NCBI GenBank assembly: GCA_030265395.1
Contig: JARFYF010000104.1
Location: 77,498,624-77,562,623 of the forward strand
Length of the DNA stretch: 64,000 nt
Direction: 5' to 3'
Origin: Rhina ancylostomus
Taxonomy: Eukaryota
Shown: piece by piece, positions 22,563 to 36,680 of the stretch
How positions within the stretch are numbered: position 1 is the first letter of the stretch
Layout of the letters: each line of letters starts with the position of its first letter
Position numbers and translations under genes: made by a program
Notes under the pieces: model-generated
What the model was told of the DNA's origin: nothing
What the model saw: the letters and a program-made list of their open reading frames with translations, nothing else
Database searches by the model: none

Positions 22563-25500
22563 TAAGGACGAAAATGCCTTATTTAATCCTGAATTGTACT
22601 GGCCAATAGCCCAAGAGTTCAGAAACGTTTCCAGGAAGAAACTGTGTCGTGGATTCCAGTAGAAAATTTGAATACAACCAAAAAGCTGCAAGTACTTAGC
22701 ATGTCAGGCAGCATCGGTGGAAAAGGGTAGAGTTAACGTTTCGATTCAATGACCTTTCAACACAGCATTAATTTTCTCCCTCTTTCTCTCTTCCTCCCTC
22801 CCTCCTTGCTGCCTGAACTGTTGATTATTTTCGTTCTGTAGCATCAACAGAATTTTGCTTTTCAGTAGGAAAATCGTTTGGAGTGTTGAAAAATAAATTT
22901 AGGAAGATTAACATTTGACATCTGTAGAATAACATTAGAGGGAGAATGACTGTGGCAGGAAAACCACAAACATTTTTAATTCAAGTCTTTTAGTACTAAT
23001 TTAGCACGTTAAAACTGACATTCTGCAGAATTTATCAATGCCTGGATATTTTTCCATTTAGCAGTTTCATAGGTGGGGAATAGTTCTATCGTGCCGACAG
23101 CCTTCTAGTATCTTGTTAGTTCATGCTGACCTGTGTGCTGTCGGTCATTTTGACTGTTGATGTTAATGCAGCCTTCCTGATACTATTCTTACCTGAAATC
23201 CATACTTCAATCCCCTCCCCACCCACCCTTTACAGCTTAAAAGCATTGAAAACCTGGCTGAAACAAGCTAACTCTTATTGACAACAGTTTGTTTCTCTTT
23301 TATGCATGTATGTTTCATTTATTAAATTATAATTATAATTTTTAAGAGTGAAATTCAACCCTACAGTGATTAAGGAATATATTGTTTCCGGTTTGGATGA
23401 TGTTGGGACTTGGAGAGAAATTTGCAGATAAGGATTCTCCCAACAAGCTGCTATGCTTAAATTTAAGGTGATAGAGGTTATACATTTTGTATCATATGTC
23501 TGAAAGATGAAATGCATGTGGTACACTTTGTATATGGGACCCACTTCAACCATGATACGTAGGTGGTGGAGGGAGTGATTGTTCAGAATAGTGGATCAGG
23601 TGCCTATCAAGTTGCCCGCTTTGACCTGAATAATGTAAAGCTTCAATATTGTGGCTCTGCACTTTGCAGATAAATGGACAGTATTTCATTGTGTGACTGC
23701 TGTACAAGGTGAAAAGGTTTTAACAAGTCAGGAAATGAATATGATTCTGATGTGATCCTTTCAGCGTGGTCAAGTTCCTGGTTGATGCTGGAGTCTCAGT
23801 GATGTTAATGCTATTGACTGTCAATGGGAAAAGGTTAATCTCTGTTTTGTTGAAGATGGTCATTTTCTTAACTTGGTGGGTGAATTTTGCTGTTCACACA
23901 AACCTGTGTTTAAGTGTTGTGAATGTCTTGCACCATGTAGACATGAAATCTTTGCCTATCTGACATGCTGCAAATAGAACTGAAAACTCTGACCATCAGT
24001 AACTAATCCCATTTCAGATCTTATGATGGAGGGAAAGCCTTTTATGAAGTGGCTAGAAATGTTTGGTTCTAGGACACTGCCTGGTGAATCTTTCTGTTTA
24101 AATTTTGCTGTTGAAAATACTTTCTTTTTCAGCTTCCAGAAGTTTAAGTAATGTAAAAATATTACTTCAGGTATGATCTAAAAATAACTTATCTATTATA
24201 CTGAAATGGCTGCTGTGCAGATTGGTCTCAATTGCTGAAAATCCAATCTTCAGAGCCATGTTTAAAAATCTAGGAATGTTGTCCTAATCCTTTTCAAATG
24301 ACCTATCTTTGTACTTTGACCAAAGAATGAAATAGTATTAACATAGTAGACAAGAAGTAGTCAAATCTGTGATTGCATTTTGTTACCAGTTCCAGGAATG
24401 TTACATCTGTAATCTGCATCTGATTCCAAGTACTTGGATTAATTGGGAGATCTTGACAGGGAAAACACATTGTACTATAAGGTTTTGGCACTGAGAGCCC
24501 AGGATTCAAGCTGATACATGATTGTATATTGTACTCCTTTATTCCCATGATTCACTGCCTATTGGAGATCTATAAGTGATTTGGTAGAGGCTAGAAAATT
24601 CTTAGTGATGCACAGTGAGAACACTGGAGAGAGTTTGTAAAGTTACAATGATCAAGAAATATTTTCTCTGTGATCTACAATATCTTTCATGTAAAAATAA
24701 GTATCGAAATTCGTTTAATATTGCAGAAGACATAAATGACTTAACAAGTGTGTATCTTGTACATCACTCAGGATGTATAAGTGTAAAATACAAATACATT
24801 TCCCATGATTACTCCATCCACTTAGCAGGTGAGAACAGAAGCTAACCTAATGGCAGACGTCAGGCCCCAAGAAAATCTGGATCTGGCATTATTTGTTGGA
24901 ATTCAGAGCTTCACAGCACAGTGATAAAGAGGGAACCATTACAATTCCTCAGTCCTCTGAGTCACATTGTGTAAATGCTGTGTAAATTATTTACCTGGCC
25001 CTTCAAATGGCAAGTCATTGATTTTTTTTGCTCATTTCTTCCTGAAGAATGCACTGTGAGAAGGGAAAACTACATGAAGTAATGCACCTGGATTGCTGTG
25101 GAACTGGTCAAGCTGGCCAACTTAAATGGTGTAGATACAGGCAGAGGAATGGGAGCAGATGTCTGTTCATTTTACTTGGCCAGAGAACTACATTTTGTAG
25201 ATTGAAAGAGCATTAATTTAAATAAATGGGTTGATGGAAGGAAGTGGTTTTACTCATTATACGTTCACTTTTTCTTTCGGAATGATCTGCAGTTTCTTAA
25301 ATAACATAAGGTGTGGATCATACGAAGTAATAAAACTTAAAGAAAGAAGTAATATTTGCAGATGTTGAGTGGAAGGTCTGTTTGCCATTTCCTATGTCTC
25401 AAGCCAGAAGCTATAGCATTGCTTCCAGCCGGCAATGCTTCATTTATATCGCTTGGCTCCAATTAGAAATGTCCCACTCAGGAGGGAGGTCTGCACGTAC

Positions 25501-27320
25501 ATATGAGTTTGCAAAGTGCTTGCCTCTCTCATAAAATTTTAAATGCTTTTACAGCTTGTTTTGAAACAGTGCTGGAAAATTTATTCCAGGGGTTTGGCAT
25601 ACCAATGAAGTTGTATTCCATAGATAGTCATCCCTCAACTATATGAGATTATCTCCCTAGATTTGGGGTCTGAATCTAGTAATTCACAGTTGTAGTGTTG
25701 CTGCAAAGCAAAAACAATTTCATTTATTGTGAAATGCATATCACAATGTGTGGGTATGTTGGAATTTCTTTTATATTTTACGGGATGTGATTTTATACTT
25801 GTATAACTGGTGATTTTAGGCAATGACAGGTTGAGATGATAGCATAGTTTGTCAGATTCCTCTCATTTGCATGATGAGCTCTTAAATTTGTAGTTTTAAT
25901 ATTTATAATTGAGTAATATGGGCATATTAATTATGTTGTAAAGACCATTTCAATGAGCAACCATTATGGTAACAACCAATAATTTCTTGTGATTTAAACA
26001 AAAAATGATTTTTTTAAATTTCCTGTGTCTTTTTGGCAAAAGAATTTCATAAATCCTGCTGTTTAGATTTTGGATGTGTCGGATTTCAATGAGTAGAATA
26101 GAAGCAAGCTTATGAAGTGAATTTAAAACTGGCTAAATGTCCTGCATTAGACTGGTGACCATACTTTTACGTGTACTTAATTGGCTGCAAAGCACTTTGG
26201 GTTCATCCTGAAGTTGTGAAGACTAACTTTATTTAAAATCAAAAAGAATAATTCTAAATATAGTTGTATCAATGTAGTATGATCTTGTGACTTGGGAAAT
26301 GGTGCTTTTCATGTCATTTAATAGATAAATGGTGATAGAGCTAGTCATCTAAATTTGCACTTAAACTTGTGTAAGGAGGGGTGTGACTATTTTAATGAAA
26401 AAGCCTAAAATGAGATGCAAAGATGAGTTGATCAAAATTGGATGAAATTTAAGATGGATCAAAATAGAGAAATAAAGGTAGGAAATAAAAATACAAATAT
26501 AAATTAGATGGTTGTTGGCAATAAGACATAATAATGACTATTCACAGTTTACCAATACCAAAGGCACAATACATAACAGTAAAGTGAGCAAACTAGATCA
26601 TGGATATGTTGCTGGATGGAGAGAGCACAGCTGGTAATGAAGACCTGGTAATGCAATAGTAATTATTTCTGTACAAGTATATGCCGATCTGGATGTTATA
26701 AATAGCTGAGATGGGCATTTTAATGAAGGACCACCGATTTGCCTAGTAAAAAATTCTAAACCAAAACAATGGAGTTATTTATGCTGATAAAGTTTAAGGG
26801 AGAAAATGTAACTATTTTCTTTAGTTTTGAGTCTTGGTAATTTATATGAAAATGCCATAAGTTCTAGACTTGAAGATACTGGGATTTTCTTTTTTCAAAA
26901 TCTAAATTCATTCACTGGCCTCGCTATACTGACACAGAATAGGATAAAATTAAGCAGGGGCACATCCAGTTTGTCCCTGTGTTAACTGAGTTGACCGCCA
27001 TTTAAAATTGCCCATGGCAAAAACATTCACCACAAGCTAATGGGGCCCTGTTTAATAGTTTGGATTTGCCTACAGTGACGTCATCAGGACACCAAATGCA
27101 ATTTTAACTTGAAACTTAAACATCAGAGCAGTGACAGCCTCTGTACCAGGCCAAACATGCTGGAAATGGGGCAAAATTGTAGAGCTTCTCTGAACTTCCT
27201 TCCCATCCATGAACAGAATTTCTCTTACAGTGTGCTTACTTGGGATCATTCTCCAGCGGCAATTTGTTTTGGAGGCCATCAAGAATTATTTCGATGAGGC
27301 CTACCCATTGGTCTTGGGCA

Positions 27321-27571
27321 GCAAAGGGAAAGTGCACAGACAGTTCAGATTAAAGTGCTTTCCACAGAAGTTGAAGAATACAGGAAATGGACTGTCCAAA
27401 GAGCTAATAGACAGAGAGTCTGGAAAAGAGAATATATAATAAGCAGTTGAGGGAGCTTGTGATTAAGGGCTATTAACTTTTGGGACTGAACAGACAGACT
27501 GCAAAGGGAAAGTGCACAGACAGTTCAAATTAAGGTGTCTTCTACAGAAGTTGATGAATATGGGGAATTGA
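27321..27571. repeat. Local direct duplication of ~70 bp, copies 180 bp apart
   Basis: GCAAAGGGAAAGTGCACAGACAGTTCA(G/A)ATTAA...ACAGAAGTTGA occurs at 27321 and 27501. Confidence 0.85.
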
Positions 27572-30500
27572 AGGAACTGGGATCATTTTTTATCGAAATT
27601 TACTCTGCACTCATATTTTGAGGGTTTATCAATTAACATAATACATTATCTGATCTGAAGAAATGATAGTGTACATAATTTGTAAAATTGACTATGTGGA
27701 AATTGTGATCTCTTTGGATTACATTTATAGTGATTACAGTGCACATTGAAGTCTGAACTGAATACAACCTGACACCAATTCCAACTCAATTATTAATTTA
27801 AAATTTGATTTTTGATGTTAGTGCAGAACAAACTCAGATTTGCATTCATGTTGATCATAGGTGCAGGGATTTTCTGCTTTTACACTTGTTTGTCCATGTT
27901 TCCTCCATTTAAATTGAACTGGTAGAGGATGTGTTTCTGGTATTTTCTGTTATTTTTACCTCCTATTTCTAGCATCCGCATGTTTTTTGATGTTCACTTG
28001 CAGAATCTTAAACACAGACTCTGTGAATTATTCTAAATAGATGAAAGATCCAGGTACTTGGGGGACTATATATTTAGTGCTGGGAATGTCCAGATTAATG
28101 TTTAAAACTATTCTTTGATTATTCATAGCTTGATTCTGTTACAAAGATATTGGCCTTGAAATTGTATTGTGAAACACAAGATTTTGGTGCTATGCCATGC
28201 TGTGGGGTTAAAAATTGATTGCCCAAAACTACTGGGCTCTTCTATGACTACATGGTGCACTATGATAAATTGTATTAAGGTCCTTCGTGTGCAGGATGCC
28301 AGTAAGCACAATTCTCTTCAACTCTGCTTGATGACGATCTAAGTGTTCATATTGCCTGCTCTAATTAATGTTAAAGGGTCTGTCCCTACCTCAGTCACTT
28401 TTGGATAGTCCACCAGTGAAGCAAGATCTGGAGCACCCTTGAATGGTCCATGTGCTTCATCTCATAGCTGAGTCCTCCTTTGGGGAAAGGGTCCATCCAA
28501 ACCTATCATTACCTCATATGTTCAACTTGTGTCCCAGCTTGAATGAGAAATACCATGGATATTCCATTGTTTTGGCAATCACAATAGAATTTCTAGCCCA
28601 TTTTTTTCTTCACATTTAAGTAAAACAAAAGGTATTTAAAGTTTGTGGTGTCACATACCACTTCTGGTATATTATCAGAAAAAAATTATTTAAAATGATG
28701 AGTTGGATTTACATAACAGTTGCAATTCTGCTGTGCATGAAAGTACGCGTTTGATGAGCAATAAATGCCATTTATTTTTCTTTAAAGATGTTGATGCAGC
28801 ATTTTTTTTTTAAAAATAGATCAGTTTAATGTGCTGGCTCTGAAGTAAATCTTAAATCCATTTCCCATTCATGCTTCCTGTTGGTATTCTGCATGCTGAG
28901 CATTAATTGATCCCTTGTGAAATAAATAGAACATTTAGTGGGCCTCTGAGAAAGGAAGGAGTATTGTAGTGTTGTGAAACTAGAGTTTCCATTAGTTTAT
29001 AACTTCATTCAGCAACTTAACCCCCTTGATAAATGTGAGGCCCTGGAAAATTCTGGAAAGGCAGGGAAAAGGCAGCTGGAGAAGCTCTTCACTGTTACGA
29101 CCTCCTTCCATTCATCACAAGCATACATTTATTAAACTAAGCCACAAGCTGATAGAGATAAATTGTAAGGCGTGATTAGGCAATTGATTTAGGAATTAAT
29201 GTGCAACAATTCAAACGTATTGGTCCTCCTTTGGTCTTGGAACCAGCTCGATTTGTGTTGCTTAACTCCTTTAATAAGCTTGCAGTGAAAAATGCTTGAC
29301 TTTTCGTTTGTTATTATATATCACCAATATATGTGGTGTCATAGATAACCTTTCGGGTGAAAGGATCTGTTACTGAATTAGTGGAATCATTAGGACCCTG
29401 TCTATGTTGTGGGTAAGATGGACAAAACTGCAGAAAAGTAATATTTACTTTTAACAACTGCAGTAATTTGCAAAAGTCACTGGGCATATTTGTTTCTGGG
29501 GTGAGAAGACACATCTTAAGCTACATACAGTAAATGTTTGATTTATGCCATTAAATCATGCTTGTACAGTGTTTTACTTGGTAATATTTAGTGTTCTCCT
29601 ACATTCTTCTGCATATTGCAGTTCATTCCTCTGATCAGGGAGAAAGGTGAATGGTTTGGTCCAAGGGGGCTGCTGAAGATGCACATGAGTTTAGGTTGGG
29701 ATTAAGTGGACAAACAGCAGGTGGGAACAGTTGACAAAAAGCCTAGAGACCTAGGGAGTTGAAGCAGGTTGGATGATCTGGCCCATTGCAGCAGAGGCCA
29801 GAAATTGTGGAACCTGAAATTTCCAAAATATTGCATTTAACTTTGAATGATAAGAATCATTAAAATTAGAGCACGTAAGAAGGAAGTTTGGCCCAGCAGC
29901 TCTGTGCCATTGGTGATTCCACTGCAAGTATTTACTGACGCAATGGTTATGTCAATATAGCCAGAAACATTTATTGCAAGAAAGCCCATTCAACCAATCA
30001 TATTGATACTGACTCGTTACTGAAGCAGTTCAAAGCTAATCTCTTTTTTTTAACTTGGGAGTTGTGCAATTCTCTTAACTTGGCTCAGTTCACTGCTGTA
30101 CATAGTCAATAAAATGTGGGTTCAATCGATGCTTCAGCTTGTACCCATCGCGCAGTTTAAGTTTGACATTTCAGTGCTAAGAATACCACATTGTAAAAAT
30201 GTTATGTTTTAGATGAACTATTAAATCTGGACATAAAATCTAATGGCACTATTCAACAAAGAGCTGACAACTCTTGTCAACATTTACACTCAACAAACAC
30301 CAGCAAAATGATTGACTTGTCATGTCCTCAAATTAACTCCTATATTTAACCACTTTAATATTTTTTCATTATGATTTAATATCTTATGCATAAGAAATTC
30401 AAGTTATTTGAAGTGTTTTCCAGTAAATGCATAACAATTTGAGTAAACTAAATACCGTGCTTAATACTGGCTGGCAATTGTAGTTCCAAACCAATAAGGA

Positions 30501-33225
30501 AAATGTAATGGNNNNNNNNNNNNNNNNNNNNNNNNNNNNNNNNNNNNNNNNNNNNNNNNNNNNNNNNNNNNNNNNNNNNNNNNNNNNNNNNNNNNNNNNN
30601 NNNNNNNNNNNCTGCTCCTCACAATCACCACACATGTTGTTCCTGTTGCAGTGTTTATTCTCTTACAGCTCCATAGGTCCAGTTGAGCACAGGTCTCACT
30701 GGTGTGGCTGTTCCATGAGCAGATCCTGAGGCCACTGATTATGGATTGTCCTGAACGATCAGACATTTTAAAACTGCAATTGATTTTAAAATGTTAACCA
30801 TTTAAGAATTATTAAAATGAAAATCTACATAAAATAGATTGAAATAATGGAAATTAATTTTAAAATATTAAGATTAAAAATCACTTACATTTTCAGTCAA
30901 GGTCAGCCACCCGTTCCTAATGCATGGGTTTGTACAACGTTGCCCTGTGTAGCTGGCATTAAGTTGAAGGCCAGGTGCAATGTGCATCAGGCCCCTCAGC
31001 TCAGACACAATGAATCCAGTGTGTCAATGCAGAATCCAGCACCCGGCTGCTATCCAACTTCCAGCTTGTATATGTTTTCCATGCCACAAGTTGGGAATGA
31101 ATTAACCTATATACTGCAGTCACTGAAATGCTGGCTGGCAAACAATGTGAATTGTAAAGTAAATTTTGCACCCAGGCTTAATGCAAATGTTAGATTATTA
31201 ATATAGTGTATCCTTAGTTATAAAAACCATTGTTCTTTGTTTTTGAGGCCATTCTTCTGTATTATGCAGTCTTGCAAATACTGTTTTTAACTTTTGTTCT
31301 TGTCAGAGTTATCATTCTGTAGTATCCATTTGCAATAATTAAACCCCAGTTTTCAACCTATCTGTTATCTATTAAATCATAGTCTTTGTAGTCTCTAGTC
31401 TTTATTTCACTTGTACCTTATTCTTCTCCAGACTCCCTCAGTTCCTTCCACTTTCCTGCCTACCTCCCACCCCCACCCCACTTGATCCTCCCTTGTATAT
31501 ATATCTGAATAGTAGGGAATTGTGCTGCAGACTGGAAGATGATATTTTGGGTAATATTAGCAAAAAGTGCTGGAAATAGCAGTTCAGGCCACATCTGTGG
31601 GAAGAGAAATGGAGCTAATATCTCAGAGCAATGATGCTTCCTCAGAACTGGGAAGGAGGCAAAGGAAACTTGTAAAGCTGCAGGGAAGGTGGGAGATAGG
31701 AGACATCTCCTAAGGTAAAACTGGGGTGACCATGGGAATAAGCTGTAAACTTCTCTGGTCAGTAAGTGAATGGGAGCAGTTAGAAAGTGAGAATGTTGGG
31801 TCTTCAAACTGAAATATTAACTCTGTTTCTCTTGCCACAGATGCAGCCTGACCTGAGTATTTCCAGCGTTTTGTGCTTTTTTATTTAAGATTTGCACCTC
31901 CTGCAGTTGGTGTTTCACTTTTTCAAAGGAAATGTTTGAGTTCCTCTCCTTGTATCCATGATCTGATTCTCTCCCACAGTTATATATTCATTTGTGGGAT
32001 GGAGCACTGCTGGCAAATGGAGCAGTTAGTGCTGCCTTCAATTACTCCTGAACTGAATTGCTGCCCGGGTGGCTTCAGAGGACTGTTGAGAGTTAACCAC
32101 ATGTTGCTGAAGGTGTGGAATCATGCACTGGTTAGATCAAGCAAGGACAGCAGATTTTTTTCCTAAAAGTGAACCACATGGGTTTTCATGACGTTCAGTA
32201 GATTCCAGGTCATTATTGCTGATACCGTTTATTAAATTGCAGATCTAGTTACTTAACTGATATTCAATTATTTGCCCAAGCCTCCAGATTACTGGTTTAG
32301 CAACATAATCACTATCCTTCCACACTCCAAAATATCCATAAGGTCAGAATTGGAAGGTTAAGATTTTATAAATTATTTCTTGAAAGGCAACCAAGCTTTA
32401 GGAATGACTCGATAGCCATCTAATCTATTATCAGGTGAGAGATTCACTATTAATTCTAATGGCTAAGGCATGTCAAGAATTGACTCATTCACGCAACATG
32501 TTACTTCTTGATCCTACTGTAGATCTGCAGAATATTTGTGATAATGTAATCTGTCATATTTTCTGGTGGCGCTTCATCTTCCTGATGGATTTTCATTATT
32601 CAATTCTTACAGAGATCCATTTTTACTGGCTTTTGTGTTCAATTGTTCTTCTATATTCTTGTGGAAAGAAATAAAATTATTTAGTTAAACAGGAACATGG
32701 ATTAGAGCCAATTATAATAAATGTTCTTCAAGATCCGTTGCAGAATTGATTTATAGCAACGAAGCTGTTTCCTTCAGCTGTCATAAAGAAAGACTATAGA
32801 AAACGCCATTAAGTCAAAGACTTCATGTGTTATAAGATGTAAAGCTATCGGGGACAGTTACATAGCTGGAATACTTCTTGAGTAATATGAGCAAAGCATA
32901 ACTAGTCAGTGTAGATATGGTATGTGTTTTCTCAATAGTTCAGAGTGTAATGAAAGCTGCTTTAGCAGCTTAAAGACAGCTGCTTTTGGGATAATAAAAA
33001 GTATTTGAATTTGTTCTGCAGGATGTGTTGCCTTAATGATACAGTCAACTCCATCTGTTTTAGATGTAATTTTTTTAGATTTGCACACTTTAGAAATGGT
33101 TGCCAACTGTTTCAAATAATACTCTAACAATTTGTTTATTTTATTCCATTAATTACGTGATTGATGAGAGAAAGCACAAGCCTGGGTTATTTCATTTAAT
33201 AGAACAACTTCTTGGAAATACAAGT

Positions 33226-33260
33226 TATGCATTTTGTTATGCATTTTGTTATGCATTTTA
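33226..33260. repeat. 12-bp tandem repeat (TTATGCATTTTG) x~3
   Basis: Seen directly; it produces YAFCYAFCYAF in a spurious ORF. Confidence 0.8.
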
Positions 33261-33973
33261 TACAATTGGAAAGAATGGATGTTTGCAAATTGCTTTTTTC
33301 CATGAACTAGCCAACATGATTATTTTTCCAACTTTTTCATGTATTTCCAAGTTCCTTGTCCCCAGAGTTTAAAGCCAAATAATATATTGAGCAGTGAAAG
33401 ATTATAATGGAGCTATGTTGGTATTAATGGTACAGTTGTGGTTATGTCTGCAAAATTAGTTTCAAGCTGAGGTATAATGGGGGCTATTTTATATTTATGG
33501 AACACCAGTGAAAAGCTCCCAGTGGCAGCTAACTGTTCCCTAGTCATAGCATCTCATAAAACTGTTGCCATCTGTCATGACTAATGCTATAGCTTAATCA
33601 TTGTGCCAAATATTGTTTGCCACTTGCAATGTAGAGACCTTTGTTTAAAAAAATATGTTCTTTCATTCATGAATGCTTCGCTAGTAGTCTTATAGGAGGA
33701 TTTTCAAGAATAATGCATCAGGGTAAAGTGGTAGTGTAGTAGTTATATTGGGCCAGTACTCCAGAGGTCTGGACTGACTGTTCAGAGACCCAGTTAACAG
33801 TGTGGAATTTAAACTCAGTAAAACTCTGGAGTTGAAAAAAACCTAGTCATTAATAATGATGACCACAAAATCATTGGTGGTTTAAAAACCCATCTGTTCA
33901 CTAATCTCCTTCAGAGACCAGAAAATCTGGCATGCTTATACAGCCTAGCTAGTATGACATTCTTCCTGACTCA

Positions 33974-34668
33974 TCAATGTAGTTGACTATTAAGTGCCCC
34001 CCGAATTGGCCTAACCTGCCTCTCAATTGTACCATAACTGCTACGTTGAAATAAAGGATGTATTAAAGAATAAAGACCACCTGGCATTGACCTAGGCACT
34101 GACCTAGGCACTGAACTCTGACATTGAATTGCATCCCAGTTGACTAATCCTCCTTATGAGCACCCAGGGACTGGTGTCCAAATTGGGAGAGCTGATCCAT
34201 GGGTTAATCCAGAAACAGCTTGATAGAATGATTCTGTAAGAATTGCTCCATAATGATAATGTGCCAGACTCCTCCGTCACAATCCTTGGACAAACCCACC
34301 TGAGGAGGTGGCACAGTGGCAAATAGCCAAAAGGGTGTAGCCCTAAGAGTCTTAAATATTGATTCCAAACCCCATGGAATCATGTCAAACATGGGCACAA
34401 AAACATTCTCTTGATTACCATCTGTGCACTCCCTCAGTTGAATCGATGTTTTCCCCCACATTAAACAATGTGTGGAAGATGATGCACTGAAAGCAGCAAG
34501 TGTAGCCTTGTGTCCCAAAATCATTATGTCAGAGTTCAGTGCCTAGGTCAATGCCAGGTGGTCTTTATTCTTTAATACATCCTTTATTTCAACGTAGTAG
34601 TTATGGTACAATTGAGAAGCAGGTTAGGCCAATTCGGGGGGCACCTAATAGTCAACTACATTGAGTCA
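33974..34668. repeat. Near-perfect inverted repeat: arms 33974-34124 and 34526-34668, spacer ~400 bp
   Basis: The reverse complement of the right arm matches the left arm with three substitutions that I could see, plus a 12-bp tandem duplication (TGACCTAGGCAC) in the left arm only. Confidence 0.92.
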
Positions 34669-35500
34669 TATTGTCTATAGTAAAATGAGAAGGTCAGACA
34701 GTATGGTGCTTGTTCCTTTGGAGTTTGTAGGAGCATCAAACATACCTAAAAACAGAGTGCCAACTTGGTGAACCTACAACACAACTATATTCATGCTAAA
34801 CAGCAGGCTACGTACTGGGTTAAGTGATCTCAAAACCAATGGAGCTGATCAAAACAAAACTCAACTCAATTTGGAAAGACTTTGATCTGTGAATGATGGT
34901 GGACATTTAAACAGCTATCAGGAAGAGGAGCTTCCTAGAACATGTCCACCCTCAATGTTGTTAGCACTCAGCTTATGAGTTCTAAAGGCAGGGCTAAAGG
35001 ATTTGCAATCATGTTCATCCAGAAGTGCAGAGTGGATGATTTACCTCTTGAGATATCTACCATCACAGAAGGTGGTCTTCAGCCAATTTAATTCACTCCA
35101 CATGATGTCAAGGATTTGTTGAAAGCACTGGATAGAACAAAGGACTAAGCACCATACGGTCTGTAGTACTGAATAGTTGTGCTCCTACACCAGCTGTGCC
35201 TCCAGCCTAGCTATCTCAGTGCAGTTAAAGCACTGGTGTCTACTGATAGTGTTAAATTGCCCAGGTATACTTTTTTCTCAAAAAGTAGGGCAAATCAGCT
35301 TTAATTGCAGCCAAATCAGCCTGCTGTCAATCATCAGAAAGGCAATGAAAGTTGTCGTAAGCATGACTATCAGGTGGCACTTACTCAGCAATAACCTGTG
35401 TACCAATGCCCCGTTTGGTTTCACGAAAACAACTCAACTCCAGACCTCGTCACAGCCTGGGCCCAAATGTGGACAAATAGCTGAATTTCAGAGGTAATGT
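34140..35500 (+). mobile_element. Decayed non-LTR retrotransposon (CR1/L2-group) ORF2 relic
   Basis: ORF 35177-35497 contains QISLLSIIRKAMKVV...HLLSNNLCTNAPFGF, which resembles the RT-proximal motifs RPISLLSxxSKVME...QFGF. The region is broken by stops, frameshifts and deletions. Confidence 0.65.
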
Positions 35501-36534
35501 GAGATTGACATCTGTAGAGTCAAAAGGCATAAGTCGACATTTTGGGTCAAGACCCTGCATCCAGTGTGAATCAGGAGCCCTGGTAAAACCCTGGAGTCCT
35601 GACATTCCTATCTCAAACTTTATTCTGAGGAATAGCCACCTCCATTTTTATATTGAGAAATGCATCCGACATAATACTGAAAAAATTAAAACATCACTAC
35701 TTTCAAAAATTGTAAATGGCATACTGTTATTATTAATTATAAACCTTTTTTTCAAGGCTATTAAAGCTGCCTTTATGTATGTTGATCATAACTAGATTGT
35801 CCACAATGCTCATCATAGCTAGTAAGTACATACTGCTCCTTTACAAGCCATCCTGTCATTTGCATTTTTGTGCAATAAATACGACGTTGAAACAAAATGA
35901 CAGGTACATAAATGTATTGTGGAACTAAACAAGTCTGTCCAACTTTTCTCCTTATGTAACTGAAAGGTATTTTTTGTCATTCCATCAAAAGAAATTTCAT
36001 GAATGGGGAGAACTTAATTTATGCATTAGAATTTAGTTCCAAGTGAAAATACATTTATGGTTATTTTCGGTATTTTGCAGTCACCTAACTGTTTTTGGAG
36101 AAATTTGTAAGTGAAAAATATTTTACAATAACCAAAATATTCCCACTTTTTCAGAATCTTTGTCATAAAAATAAAATTATTTTTAATTAGCAGCGTGAAA
36201 CAGATTGGCTCAACAGTTGAGCATTCCAAGTCAGTGTCAACCACTCCCAGGCTTGGATACCTACTTAACAATTAGCAACTTTAGACCTGGTTGATTACCA
36301 CCCCAAAATTTGAAACCTTAAAGCAGTGTACAGTTTATGATTTCTTGCATTAGTGTGATAAACACTTCAGGAGTGAACTTGGGCTACTGTGAGCAAGGTT
36401 AATCTGCACAGCAGAATATCAGCTTACATTGATTCTGGTTTCTCAGTGCTCCAATGGAAATGCTACCTATATTGCAGAGAATTCAAATTAATATTCTTGG
36501 TAAATTGTTGCATTTCCTCAACATCTGTTAAAAG

Positions 36535-36680
36535 CAACTGACAGAGGGTTTCGACCAGAAATATTGACAATTCCTTTCCACCGCACCCCCCCCACCCCCA
36601 AAAGACGTTTGCTCGACATGCTGAGTTCCTTCAGCAGATTGTTTGTTGCTCTAGATTCCAGCATGCACAGTCTCTAGCAT
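36535..36680 (+). mobile_element. Penelope-like terminal repeat fragment (same family as 20625-20690)
   Basis: ctgacagagggtttcgaccagaaatattgac...ctgagttccttcagcagattgtttgttgctctagattccagca. Confidence 0.55.
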
